Assembly (NCBI GenBank): GCA_031400935.1
Contig: JANNQV010000039.1
Coordinates: 1-64,000, forward strand
Direction: 5' to 3'
DNA: 64,000 bases
Origin: Armatimonadota bacterium
GTDB lineage: Bacteria; Armatimonadota; Fimbriimonadia; Fimbriimonadales; Fimbriimonadaceae
The first letter of the stretch is position 1, and each line of letters begins with the position of its first letter. Below the pieces are notes generated by a model. The model saw nothing but the letters and a program-made list of their open reading frames with translations. It was not told where the DNA came from and searched no databases. Below, one piece after another: positions 20,512-29,994 of the stretch. Made by a program: the position numbers and the translations under genes.

Positions 20512-21696
20512 TCAGGTTTTTGCCAACATTTCTAAAATCCACACGGCGCACCGAAACTTTGTCATCTTGCCACTAGACGCGCATCCCCCATCCCTGAGCA
20601 CCAATTGAATCTCATTCTCCTCAGAATTGAACCCAATATCCGCGCGGCTGATGTCGTTCATTGCTATCGCAAAGAGTTTCTTCCGAATTAGCTTGTCTTG
20701 AGCCGCTTCCGAATCTGAACTCGGCTCCGCCGCAAACCCAACAACTTTCGCGCCTGGTTTGACTACTGAAACCAATTCTGCAATGATGTCGGGGTTTGGA
20801 ACAAACTCAAGCGACCACGAATCCGATGTCCGCCTTCGCTTCCCAGAAATCCGCTCTGCTGGCCGGTAGTCTGCCACTGCCGCCGCGCCAAAAATCCAAT
20901 CCGCAGATTTTGCAGGTTCCAAAGATGCAGAAAGCATTTCCAGAGCTGTTTGAACCCGTATCACACTCGCAGCAGGCGGAAAAGTGACGGAGGCTGGTCC
21001 AGTGACCACGGTAACCAACGCCCCCATTTGATGAGCCGCCCATGCCAAAGCTGCGCCCATCTTCCCTGAACTTCGATTCGTCAAAAACCGAACATCGTCA
21101 ATTGGCTCTTGAGTCGGCCCGGAAGTAATCAAAACAGATTTTCCTTTCAACAATGAAGAACGAAACGATGCCGCTTCAACAGCTTCCAAAATCGCCGTAT
21201 TCGAAGCCAATTTGCCTTGCCCGCTTTCCCCGCACGCCACGTCGCCTTCTTGAGGCTCGACAATCCAGGCTCCCTTGTCCCGAAGCCGCGCTAGGGCTTC
21301 TGCGGTGTGGGAATTGGCATACATCGAAGGGTTCATTGCCGGAGCAATCACAATCGGACCTTCATAAACCAATGCCAAAGAGGACAACATATCGTTCGCT
21401 TGCCCGTATCCGATGCGGTTGATCGTATTGGCCGTCGCCGGAGCAATGACTAAAATGCTTGCTTGCCGCGCCCAATCAATGTGTGCCATTCCGCCGGCAA
21501 CGGGCTCTTCAAAAGTGTCAATTAGGCACGGATTGCCAGTGAGAGCTTGGAAAAGGTCTGCGGTCACAAACTTCTGAGCCGAATCCGTCAGGCATACGCG
21601 AACCTCAAATCCTGCCCGCATTAAATCCCTGGCCAGGTCGGCAGCGCGGTATGCGGCAACCGATCCCGAAACTCCCAAAATGACGACTTTCTTCAT
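20512..21696 (-). CDS. coaBC: Bifunctional phosphopantothenoylcysteine decarboxylase/ligase
   Basis: GVSGSVAAY, APATAN, PAMN, NRSSGKMG and AAVADY motifs; ATG at 21696. Confidence 0.95.
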   Translation of the reverse strand: MKKVVILGVSGSVAAYRAADLARDLMRAGFEVRVCLTDSAQKFVTADLFQALTGNPCLIDTFEEPVAGGMAHIDWARQASILVIAPATANTINRIGYGQANDMLSSLALVYEGPIVIAPAMNPSMYANSHTAEALARLRDKGAWIVEPQEGDVACGESGQGKLASNTAILEAVEAASFRSSLLKGKSVLITSGPTQEPIDDVRFLTNRSSGKMGAALAWAAHQMGALVTVVTGPASVTFPPAASVIRVQTALEMLSASLEPAKSADWIFGAAAVADYRPAERISGKRRRTSDSWSLEFVPNPDIIAELVSVVKPGAKVVGFAAEPSSDSEAAQDKLIRKKLFAIAMNDISRADIGFNSEENEIQLVLRDGGCASSGKMTKFRCAVWILEMLAKT

Positions 21697-21748
21697 TGTC
21701 GGGCACCCTGGCCATTCCGTGTCAATGTGATATTGGAACCCATATATG

Positions 21749-21894
21749 TCTCGCAAAGGCGCAAAGGACGCAAAGAATCTCTTACGCAACTCGACTGTAG
21801 AATCAACTCCAACTTTGCTCCAATCCAGCTATTTCCTATTGCACGCTTCAATTCAACGCGGTTCCCTTGGCGAGCTTTGCGGCTTTGTGTGAAA
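21749..21894. repeat. Inverted pair of CGCAAAG tandem repeats (REP-like element)
   Basis: tctcgcaaaggcgcaaaggacgcaaag ... cttggcgagctttgcggctttgtgtga. Confidence 0.65.
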
Positions 21895-21924
21895 CAAGAA
21901 GGCCCGTTTTGAAATTTCGCTCCT

Positions 21925-22479
21925 CTAACTTGTCGAACCAAGAATCACCTCCAGCCGCTCCACGGTTTCCCCCAAATCGTCGTTCACCACCACATGCTGG
22001 TACATATCACGCAATGCCATCTCCTTCTTCGCCGTTTCGAGACGCGTTTCAATTTGTGCTAGGGTATCGCGTTTTCGAGTTCGAATCCGGTGCTCCAACT
22101 CCTCCACAGAAGGCGGCATCAGAAATATCGTCGTGGCATCCGCTCGAATCGCCATGACGGCAATCGCACCTTGCACGTCAATCTTGAGAATCGCGATCTT
22201 GCCAGCTTCCAAAAGTTCGCGAACTGCGAGATTCGGCGTTCCGTAAAATTGTCCATGAACCTCTTTCCACTCCAGAAAAAAGTCGTTTTGCGTTCGCACC
22301 AAAAATTCTGCTTGGCTCAGAAAGTGGTAGTCAATCCCGTCAACCTCATTTTCCGCTCGTTCGCGAGTGGTCGCCGCAACGACCCTTTGCAACAGCGGGT
22401 TCCGCACCTTCCAAGCGTCAATCACGGTGTCCTTCCCGACCCCGCTCGGTCCGCTCAAGATTACGAGTCTGCCCGTCAC
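21925..22479 (-). CDS. gmk: Guanylate kinase
   Basis: SGPSGVGKDT, EVDGIDYHF, YGTP and IDVQGA motifs; likely GTG start at 22479. Confidence 0.95.
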   Translation of the reverse strand: MTGRLVILSGPSGVGKDTVIDAWKVRNPLLQRVVAATTRERAENEVDGIDYHFLSQAEFLVRTQNDFFLEWKEVHGQFYGTPNLAVRELLEAGKIAILKIDVQGAIAVMAIRADATTIFLMPPSVEELEHRIRTRKRDTLAQIETRLETAKKEMALRDMYQHVVVNDDLGETVERLEVILGSTS

Positions 22480-22516
22480 CAGTGCACCCAAAACCTAAAA
22501 CCCAAAACCATCCCGC

Positions 22517-23809
22517 TCATTTCTCAACCAAGCTCATCAACCTCGCAGCCACCTTCATCGGATCATGCCTTACCACATCGGTCTCACTCATGAAATTCCC
22601 GCCGATAACCTTATATCCCATCGCCTTGATGCGGTCAATGTCTGGCTCCACAACATGCTGCCCTTGATCCCTATATTTTTCCAAAAGCACTTGGCTAGGA
22701 GTTCCGGTATTCACCATCACATGATCGAAAAGCTTACGATCTAGGTTCGAATGGATCGCCATCACGTGTTCTGAAGCCGTAAATTGGTCACTCTCGCCAG
22801 CCTGCGTCATCACATTGCAGATATAGACTCTCTTGGCTTCTGAATCAAACAAGGCTTCAGCGATTCCGCCAACCAGAAGATTTGGAACAACGCTCGTATA
22901 CACGCTCCCCGGCCCCATGCAGATCAGGTCTGCATTCTCGATTGCAAGTACCGCCGCATCGTAAGCCTCGACCTCTTCTGGCTCCAAATAGATTCTTCTA
23001 ATTCTCCTTGCCGATTCCGCAATCTTTGTCTCCCCGCAAACTTCGCGTCCATCGTCGAGTACCGCCCGAAGCGAAACATGGGCAAACGTGGACGGAACCA
23101 CTTTCCCCCGAATGTTGAGAACCGCAGAAGCCTTTTCAATCGCTTTTTCAAAATCACCGCCAGCCATATCGGTGAGAGCCGCCATTAAAAGGTTGCCGAT
23201 CGAATGCCCGCTGAGATTGCCGCTATCGGACTTAAACCTATGCTGAAAAAGGTCGGTCATGGCTCTTTCGGCATCGGCCAAAGCGACGAGGCAATTGCGA
23301 ATGTCGCCGGGCGGAATCATGCCCTTTTCCTTCATCAGCTTTCCAGAGCTGCCACCGTCATCAGTTACGGTCACTATTGCTGTGATATTGGATGTGTATT
23401 GCTTAAGGCCTTTGAGAAGCGTAGAAAGCCCGGTTCCACCGCCCAAAGCGACCACTCTCGGGCCTTGGGCCAAAGCTTGAGAACGGACGTATTCATCGTA
23501 AAGCTCATCTCGGCCTGTTACTTTTCGGAGGCCGCTTCGCGCCCCCAGATAGAGAAAATAGATGCCGAGAAAGAGAAGTGCGCCACCGAGGATGTGCGTC
23601 GCCTGGTCGAGCAAAGCTTCTGGAACCACAACTTGAAGCATCTGGTCGGTACTGCGTTTCAAGTTCTCTAATAGAGGCTGAATCGCCAGCTTAAAGCTTA
23701 GGGCAGTCCCTAGCAAGAAGCAGAGCAAGCCGAGCAAGACGATCAGCGCGGCCTTTCGCAAACCTGTCGTCGGGGCAAGAATCCTTCGGATTCGGTTGCG
23801 GTTAATCAT
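22517..23809 (-). CDS. yvcK: YvcK/GlmR (CofD-like) protein with N-terminal TM segments
   Basis: GGGTGLS, TVTDDGGSSG, PPGDIRNCL and GPGSVYTS motifs; ATG at 23809. Confidence 0.92.
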   Translation of the reverse strand: MINRNRIRRILAPTTGLRKAALIVLLGLLCFLLGTALSFKLAIQPLLENLKRSTDQMLQVVVPEALLDQATHILGGALLFLGIYFLYLGARSGLRKVTGRDELYDEYVRSQALAQGPRVVALGGGTGLSTLLKGLKQYTSNITAIVTVTDDGGSSGKLMKEKGMIPPGDIRNCLVALADAERAMTDLFQHRFKSDSGNLSGHSIGNLLMAALTDMAGGDFEKAIEKASAVLNIRGKVVPSTFAHVSLRAVLDDGREVCGETKIAESARRIRRIYLEPEEVEAYDAAVLAIENADLICMGPGSVYTSVVPNLLVGGIAEALFDSEAKRVYICNVMTQAGESDQFTASEHVMAIHSNLDRKLFDHVMVNTGTPSQVLLEKYRDQGQHVVEPDIDRIKAMGYKVIGGNFMSETDVVRHDPMKVAARLMSLVEK

Positions 23810-24206
23810 CCTTTTTCTTATCGTCGTCGCCGACAAACGTGTTTAAAACTCCGCTCAAAAAGCTGATAATCAAGCTTGAAACAAGCGCAGCCAAAAACTG
23901 TTGCCCCAAATCGCCGCTAATTTTCATGCCAAATCCAGTCCCCGCCGCCAGCCAGAGGATGAATGCGTTCACGACCAAGGAAAACAGTCCAAGAGTCAAA
24001 CAGTTCAATGGAAGGGTGAGAAGCTTCAAAATCTTCCCCAAAGTAGCGTTTAAGAATCCCAGTATCGCAACTCCGACAAAGAGCTGCATGACTTTTTCTA
24101 AGGTTGACGTATCCACTGAAAACCCTAGGTTAAGAAGCTGCGAGGCGTACGAAGCGGCAATCACGCAAACCGTCATGACAATCCAGCGAATTAGTAGCTT
24201 TTTCAT
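23802..24206 (-). CDS. YvlD/DUF360 'phage holin family' membrane protein
   Basis: KLLTLPLNCLTLGLFSLVVNA motif; four TM segments. Confidence 0.85.
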   Translation of the reverse strand: MKKLLIRWIVMTVCVIAASYASQLLNLGFSVDTSTLEKVMQLFVGVAILGFLNATLGKILKLLTLPLNCLTLGLFSLVVNAFILWLAAGTGFGMKISGDLGQQFLAALVSSLIISFLSGVLNTFVGDDDKKKDD

Positions 24207-24266
24207 TTCCTTGTTAGATTGTAGCGCGGGAACGATTCTCTGGGTCATCAGCTCTGAGTTGAACTT

Positions 24267-24567
24267 GGGTATAGGGTTTGGGGTTTAGGGTTGGTCTTTT
24301 GGAGCACGGAGATAATCATTTTGCACAACCATCATTTACCCGACGCTAGGCTCTGCATTTTGGTCCCCGGACGTCCGCGTCCGGCAACCAAAAAGAACCT
24401 TCTGCATGAAATTTCAAGCAACAGCCTCAAAGATTCGAAATTTGACCGCATTTTCCGCATAAACTATTATTTGGAGTATTTCATTCAAAATAGCGCAACA
24501 TGGTCGTCCTCGTTTGAGTCGCGAAACCGCCAACCGCCAACCGCCAACTACCCATACCCTAAACCCT
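24267..24567. repeat. Intergenic repeat mosaic: (AGGGTTT)n, a palindrome, (AACCGCC)n and (AAACCCT)n
   Basis: gggtatagggtttggggtttagggtt at 24267; ccggacg-tccg-cgtccgg at 24367-24384; aaccgccaaccgccaaccgcc and cccataccctaaaccct at 24525-24567. Confidence 0.7.
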
Positions 24568-24572
24568 TCCCA

Positions 24573-27143
24573 ATGACCGCCCACACTCCTATGCTCCAAC
24601 AATACTTCCGACTTAAGGAAGAGCATCCTGGCGTAATCATGGCAATTCGAGTCGGCGACTTCTATGAATTCTATGGGGAAGACGCCGAAACCGCAGCAAC
24701 GGCACTTGAAATCACGTTGACTGGCCGCGAAGACGGCGGACAAAGAATTCCGATGGCAGGCGTCCCTTACCATTCGGTCGAGAAGTACTTGGCGCGATTG
24801 ATTGCTCAAGGGCATAGGGTCGCAATTTGTGACCAACTGGAAGATCCAAAGAAGGCAAAAGGACTTGTAAAGCGTGGGGTTACGAGAGTTTTAACCCCGG
24901 GAACAATTGTCGAAGACTCGATGCTCCAGGCAGGGCAAAATAACTTTTTGGCGGCGATCTGCGTTCTCGATGGCAACATCGGACTCGCGACACTCGACCC
25001 TTCAACGGGCGAGTTTCTAGTAACTGAAATCGGCGGCGACGAGCGCGACGACCGTCTACTTGCCGAACTTGCCCGAATTCGCCCTGCAGAACTCCTCGTC
25101 GGCCCGCAAGCCGACGAATTTGGCAATCTAGCTCAAAACGGAATGGGAGTTTCAGTTCGCACGACACCTGCGCTGAACCCAGACAGAGCGGCGCGAAAGC
25201 TCATGGAGCAGCTTCAAGTGCGCAAGCTCGACGGCTTCGGCTGCGCGAACCAGCCAAGCGCGGTGATTGCCGCCTCAATGGTCTTGAACTACGCCGAAAT
25301 CAACGGCCTGCTCCTTTCGCATGTTGATTCGCTTTCAACGTACTCCGTTGACGGCTTCATGCGAATTGACGCGGCAACTCGCCGAAGTTTGGAGCTGACG
25401 CAAAACCTCCATGACGGCTCCAAACGGTTCACGCTTGTTTCCGTTTTAGACACTTGCAAGACCCCGATGGGAACTCGGCTTCTTCGAAAATGGATCGAGC
25501 AGCCGTTGCTAGATTTAGCTTCAATTCGTGCTCGCCACGACGCGGTTGGAAGGCTGATCGAAAATTCGATGGTTCGCGGAGAGCTTCGCGATGAAATGAC
25601 AAAAATTTCGGATATTGAACGGCTTGTCGCTCGATGTGCGACAGGCCTTGCAAGCCCCAGGGACCTCGCCGCGCTCAGAAATTCGCTTGCTGTGATGCCT
25701 CGATTCGGCACGGCGTTGGCGCGTGTTGCCTTTGGGCGCCTTGCCGATATTCGAGATTCCATCGTTGATCTCGCTCCGCTGCGATTGATCCTCGAAAAGT
25801 CAATTGTGGACGATCCCCCCCACGCGCTCCGTGAAGGCGGCGTCATCCGCTCGGACTTCGATTCGGAGCTTGATGCGCTTAGAGGGCTAGGGAAGAGCGG
25901 AAAAAATTACATAGCTCAATTGGAAGCTACGGAAAGAGAGAAAACCGGAATAAACACGCTCAAAGTCGGATTCAATTCTGTCTTCGGATATTTTTTGGAG
26001 GTCGGCAAGGCGCACCTAAGCAAAGTGCCCGATAACTACATTCGCAAGCAAACAACCGCAAACGCAGAGCGCTATATCACCGCCGAACTCAAGGAGCACG
26101 AATCGCAAGTCTTGGGAGCAGAGGAAAAGGCGACGGCCCTTGAAAGTGACCTGTTCCACCGAATCAGGATACAGGTTTCAGAGCAATCTCGTTCGCTTGT
26201 GCAAACCGCAAAGGCAATTGCAGAGATTGATGTTCTTTGCGGATTTGGTGAAATCTCCAGCTATCGCAGTTATACAAAACCGACGATTCTCGAAAGCTCG
26301 ATTCTTGAAATCACAGCTGGAAGGCACCCAGTCGTCGAGGCGACAAATCTTACTTTTGTTCCTAATGAAACAGAAATCGGCGGTGATTCAAAGCCGTCTC
26401 TCATGATTCTTACAGGGCCGAATATGTCGGGCAAGTCAACATTCCTTCGGCAAAATGCGCTCATTTGCCTGATGGCTCAAATCGGCTGCTATGTGCCCGC
26501 CAAATCTGCTCAAATCGGAATTTGCGACCGAATTTTCGCCCGAATTGGAGCCAAAGACGAACTTGCCTTAGGACAGTCCACATTCATGGTCGAGATGATT
26601 GAAAGCGCGAACATCCTTAATCATGCAACCGAAAAGTCGCTTGTAATTCTGGATGAAGTTGGCCGGGGAACCAGCACATACGACGGCATGGCGATTGCTT
26701 GGGCAATGACCGAATACCTCGCAGAAATCGGGTGCCGTACGATGTTCGCAACCCATTACCATCAGTTAAACGCTCTTGGCGAACAGCTTCCAAATGTTGC
26801 AAATTTTCAAGTCGCGGTTGATGAAATCGGCTCCGAAATCATTTGGACTCACCGCGTAATCCCTGGCGGGACTGACCAAAGTTACGGAATCCATGTAGCT
26901 CGAATGGCTGGAGTTCCCCATGCCGTTTTAAGCCGCGCTCGGGAAATTCTCGTCGAACTAGAAGCCAAAGGCGGCGAACCAAGACCCACTCCGACTCAAA
27001 CAACGAAATTGCAAATGACGCTTTTTGAAGCCGAAAAGCCAGAAGTTGTGGGAGCTTTAGAAGATCTTGATGTGAATCAGCTGACTCCAATTCAAGCCCT
27101 TGGGCTTCTAGATGAATGGAAGAGGAAGTGGGGCAATTCGTAA
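24573..27143 (+). CDS. mutS: DNA mismatch repair protein MutS
   Basis: TPMLQQY, GDFYE, TGPNMSGKST, STFMVEM and DEVGRGTS motifs; true start ATG at 24573. Confidence 0.97.
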   Translation: MTAHTPMLQQYFRLKEEHPGVIMAIRVGDFYEFYGEDAETAATALEITLTGREDGGQRIPMAGVPYHSVEKYLARLIAQGHRVAICDQLEDPKKAKGLVKRGVTRVLTPGTIVEDSMLQAGQNNFLAAICVLDGNIGLATLDPSTGEFLVTEIGGDERDDRLLAELARIRPAELLVGPQADEFGNLAQNGMGVSVRTTPALNPDRAARKLMEQLQVRKLDGFGCANQPSAVIAASMVLNYAEINGLLLSHVDSLSTYSVDGFMRIDAATRRSLELTQNLHDGSKRFTLVSVLDTCKTPMGTRLLRKWIEQPLLDLASIRARHDAVGRLIENSMVRGELRDEMTKISDIERLVARCATGLASPRDLAALRNSLAVMPRFGTALARVAFGRLADIRDSIVDLAPLRLILEKSIVDDPPHALREGGVIRSDFDSELDALRGLGKSGKNYIAQLEATEREKTGINTLKVGFNSVFGYFLEVGKAHLSKVPDNYIRKQTTANAERYITAELKEHESQVLGAEEKATALESDLFHRIRIQVSEQSRSLVQTAKAIAEIDVLCGFGEISSYRSYTKPTILESSILEITAGRHPVVEATNLTFVPNETEIGGDSKPSLMILTGPNMSGKSTFLRQNALICLMAQIGCYVPAKSAQIGICDRIFARIGAKDELALGQSTFMVEMIESANILNHATEKSLVILDEVGRGTSTYDGMAIAWAMTEYLAEIGCRTMFATHYHQLNALGEQLPNVANFQVAVDEIGSEIIWTHRVIPGGTDQSYGIHVARMAGVPHAVLSRAREILVELEAKGGEPRPTPTQTTKLQMTLFEAEKPEVVGALEDLDVNQLTPIQALGLLDEWKRKWGNS

Positions 27144-27146
27144 AGA

Positions 27147-27221
27147 TCGTATGGATTGGATGGATTGTATGGATGGCTTGACTCCGATCAATCCATACAA
27201 CCCTTACAATTCATCCAATCC
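27147..27221. repeat. Inverted 9-bp-period repeat element
   Basis: tatggattggatggattgtatggatgg ... caatccatacaacccttacaattcatccaatcc. Confidence 0.7.
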
Positions 27222-27256
27222 AGACACGAACTCAATAATCAAGGTATCACTAAACT

Positions 27257-27508
27257 ATGCGCATCTCCATCGAATTCTGCGTCGAATGAGACTACACCCC
27301 AAGGGCCGTCAGTTTGGCGACCGCAATTGTAGACAAATTTCGACAAGGCATCGGCAAAGGCCATGCTGTTTCTGAAATCGTGCTAATTCCTTCTGGCGGA
27401 GGTTGCTTTGAGGTCATGGCAGATGACAAGTTGGTCTATTCTAAAAAGGCGACTGGAAAGCACGCCGATGTGGATAAAGTGACTTCTGACATACTCTCGA
27501 TAGCTTAA
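27257..27508 (+). CDS. Rdx (SelW/SelT/SelH) family selenoprotein with CxxU motif
   Basis: ATG at 27257 gives MRISIEFCVE-TGA(27287)-DYTPRAVSLA...LIPSGGGCFEV...LVYSKK, in frame with the downstream ORF; SECIS-like hairpin at 27304-27322. Confidence 0.85.
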
Positions 27509-28152
27509 GGAATTGTGTCAGCAAAAACCTCGATAGTTGATTGTGGCCAGTCGCGCGCTTTGCGATCCCAGACTTCAAATCGCCAAAGGCTCAAGCTATA
27601 GCCACACCATAATGGAAAGAAAGAGTCGCCCGAACTATTTGCGATAGCATCTGCAAGGAAACTCATTGCTCCTGGTACGGACTTTAGCACTTCTGTTTCG
27701 AGAGTACTGTCTGTAGCAATATGATCTACCGAAAAATCCAACATAGCACGAGAGATTTTGGAACCCTCAAGTAGCCAATCGAGCCATGGAGCTGAAGAAT
27801 CGTTGTTACATTTTTGACCAAATCGTCCGTTTTCAAGAGATTTCCATGCACCCCAGGCAGCAGATCGCTCCAATTCGATCATAAGCGAAGCTGCGTTGCT
27901 GTCGTAAACGTTAGATTGACCAGAATAGATTGGAAGGTCTTGGAAAATGTCCAAACTAATGTTTTTTATGCGAATTGTGCGTTCCTTTGCGTAAACTCGA
28001 TGTCCAAAAGCTTCTGCAATAAATTCGCAAGGAACTCGATTCAGCTCAGCAACGCGGGGGTGCGTGTTGGCAGGCTTTGGTTGATAGCACCTCAGTAGAA
28101 TTCCTTCTTTAAGCGGATTGCCACCATCAATAGATATAACACTTGGTACCAT
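27505..28152 (-). CDS. Hypothetical protein (accessory islet)
   Basis: 215-aa ORF filling the gap; no family recognised. Confidence 0.55.
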   Translation of the reverse strand: MVPSVISIDGGNPLKEGILLRCYQPKPANTHPRVAELNRVPCEFIAEAFGHRVYAKERTIRIKNISLDIFQDLPIYSGQSNVYDSNAASLMIELERSAAWGAWKSLENGRFGQKCNNDSSAPWLDWLLEGSKISRAMLDFSVDHIATDSTLETEVLKSVPGAMSFLADAIANSSGDSFFPLWCGYSLSLWRFEVWDRKARDWPQSTIEVFADTIP

Positions 28153-28215
28153 ATTCCTATCTTAGCAAGTAAGATAAGGCAAAGTACCTGTGGAAACCTA
28201 GTAGATATACCTGTT

Positions 28216-28255
28216 TTCTCAAGAATTCTCAAGAATTCCTTGCATTTCCCGAGAA
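28216..28255. promoter_or_regulatory. Putative tandem operator array (TTC-N4-GAA, 10-bp period)
   Basis: TTCTCAAGAA TTCTCAAGAA TTCCTTGCAT TTCCCGAGAA between divergent genes. Confidence 0.45.
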
Positions 28256-28347
28256 TTATGGTGTTCAATGTCATTCCTCATCGTCAAAGCAATGAGATCA
28301 TTCGACCTCTCATAGAAGTCGAGCTATGTCAAAAAAGGAAAATGAAA

Positions 28348-28812
28348 ATGAAAACCAATGCTCATGTGGAGAGCGATCTTCAGAAAAGTGATAGTGAATT
28401 GTTGGTAAGAGCGATTCAACTACTCAGCAACATGAATGATAGGCTTAGCGCCTTAGAAGCGGGACAAGCAAGGACACGAGAGGATTCAAATCGACTCAGT
28501 ATTGATCCACAGCGTGAGACAGTTCATTGGAAACGTGAGCAAGGGCGAATCTTGCGCTCTATCCGAAAGCAACGCGGACTTACACTCGAATCCTTAGAAT
28601 CTAGGGTTGGCATAAGCCGTTCGACACTTTCTAGAATTGAAGTTGGCCAAGCTAGTCTCGGTCTCAGCGAATTGGAGTCGATCCTAGAAGTTCTCAGTTA
28701 TCCATATGAAGAGTTTCACCAGCAAATCCTTCGTGGCCTTGATCCGAGTTCAACCAACAATTTAGTACAAATGTATCGTACTTACGACACTCATAATATG
28801 CTGGGCGAGTGA
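28348..28812 (+). CDS. XRE-family HTH transcriptional regulator
   Basis: LRSIRKQRGLTLESLESRVGISRSTLSRIEVG; start at 28342 or 28348 after AAGGA. Confidence 0.82.
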   Translation: MKTNAHVESDLQKSDSELLVRAIQLLSNMNDRLSALEAGQARTREDSNRLSIDPQRETVHWKREQGRILRSIRKQRGLTLESLESRVGISRSTLSRIEVGQASLGLSELESILEVLSYPYEEFHQQILRGLDPSSTNNLVQMYRTYDTHNMLGE

Positions 28813-28925
28813 TAACGTGCAGATTCGTGCAAGCTGAACAAGAATTGCACTTCGTCCGCTTCCCCTTCTCCTATTTGCATCTGTCCATCCCTTGGAACTG
28901 TGCATGAATGTATTTTTGAACAAAA

Positions 28926-29336
28926 ATGAACCACCAGCTCAGAATCAAAGTCATTGTCGCATTCCAAGCAACCCTTGCGTTACTTGGGTCTTTCGGGATA
29001 TGCTATCGAACCCAGCAAAAGCACGGGTCGCAGGAAACGATGGAACAAGGAAAAACAGCAATTGGAGCGACTATTGAACGAGGGGCCACGTCTGCTCAAC
29101 AAGGGGACTCGATGCAGGGACGCAAGAAGTCAAACGAAGAGACCATCAAAGAACTGCTTGAAGCCGTCAAGAAATTGGAATCGGGTGGACAAGTGCATTT
29201 AAGCAGCTTGAAAGGTCTGCAATCGAAGCATTGCTCTTTTCTCAAGTCCGCCAAGTGTCACGGCATCTCGAAGTCTGAATTGAGCTTTCTAGTAGACCAG
29301 TTCAAGCAGTTTAGTAAAAAACAGCTTGAATCTTAA
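28926..29336 (+). CDS. Hypothetical protein (possible antitoxin; start uncertain)
   Basis: ORF immediately upstream of the PIN gene; no family recognised. Confidence 0.45.
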   Translation: MNHQLRIKVIVAFQATLALLGSFGICYRTQQKHGSQETMEQGKTAIGATIERGATSAQQGDSMQGRKKSNEETIKELLEAVKKLESGGQVHLSSLKGLQSKHCSFLKSAKCHGISKSELSFLVDQFKQFSKKQLES

Positions 29337-29369
29337 GGGATTATCTGCTATGCTATTATCCTTGCCAGC

Positions 29370-29888
29370 ATGGACGCAGATTATGATTTCGTTTTGGACG
29401 CGAGTGCCTTGTTTGCCTGTTTTTTTCGAAACCGTTCGTTTGAATCAGGAATGCATGACGATTCTGACGCCATCCGAGAAGGAACTTCAAACCATGATGT
29501 GGTCCGAAATTTTGAAGAAATTGGTGTTAAAAAGCCAGCAATTGCCGAAGTTGAACTTCTGTTCCTGATTCAGTTTTTCGATTTTATTCTGAAATTGCCA
29601 ACAATTTCAGAAAAGATGCGCCAATGCGTTGCAGCTGAAAGTGCATTTGCAAATAGTGTAGTGCGAAAGGAGGCGCATTTGCCTTCAGTCACGTTACAAC
29701 AGCTGAAGAGCCAGTTTGTCAAATTAATTCAGGATGCAATTCCAGAGGAATGGGCAAGCGCATATAGAACCCTTGACACAGCCATATTAGCTTATGGCAA
29801 TGAGTTGCCAATAGTTACGTGTGAGCCTGAGTTGTATGACTTTTGGGTCCAATTCGGAATCGAACTTCGTCAAATACAATGGCCCTGA
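29370..29888 (+). CDS. PIN-domain (VapC-like) protein
   Basis: FVLDASAL...AEVEL...TLDTAILA...PIVTCE acidic-residue pattern of PIN RNases. Confidence 0.65.
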   Translation: MDADYDFVLDASALFACFFRNRSFESGMHDDSDAIREGTSNHDVVRNFEEIGVKKPAIAEVELLFLIQFFDFILKLPTISEKMRQCVAAESAFANSVVRKEAHLPSVTLQQLKSQFVKLIQDAIPEEWASAYRTLDTAILAYGNELPIVTCEPELYDFWVQFGIELRQIQWP

Positions 29889-29994
29889 CGCCGCGTTTGC
29901 TGAAGCAGTTTTACACTCCAAAGCTTTGCGCCAATTATTAGTTCTGATCGTAAGGATTCGAAACTTAGCGGATTACATCCCCGTATCCTAGCCA

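Noticed and set aside
23802..24206. 'Phage holin family' gene as evidence of a prophage
   Set aside because: YvlD/DUF360 is a common chromosomal membrane protein; it sits in an operon with yvcK-gmk-coaBC and no phage genes are nearby
24291..24572. 94-aa N-terminal extension of MutS in the ORF track
   Set aside because: It is read through intergenic repeats; conserved MutS begins at ATG 24573
27314..27508. 64-aa ORF as a complete gene or a pseudogene
   Set aside because: Better explained as the C-terminal part of a selenoprotein starting at 27257
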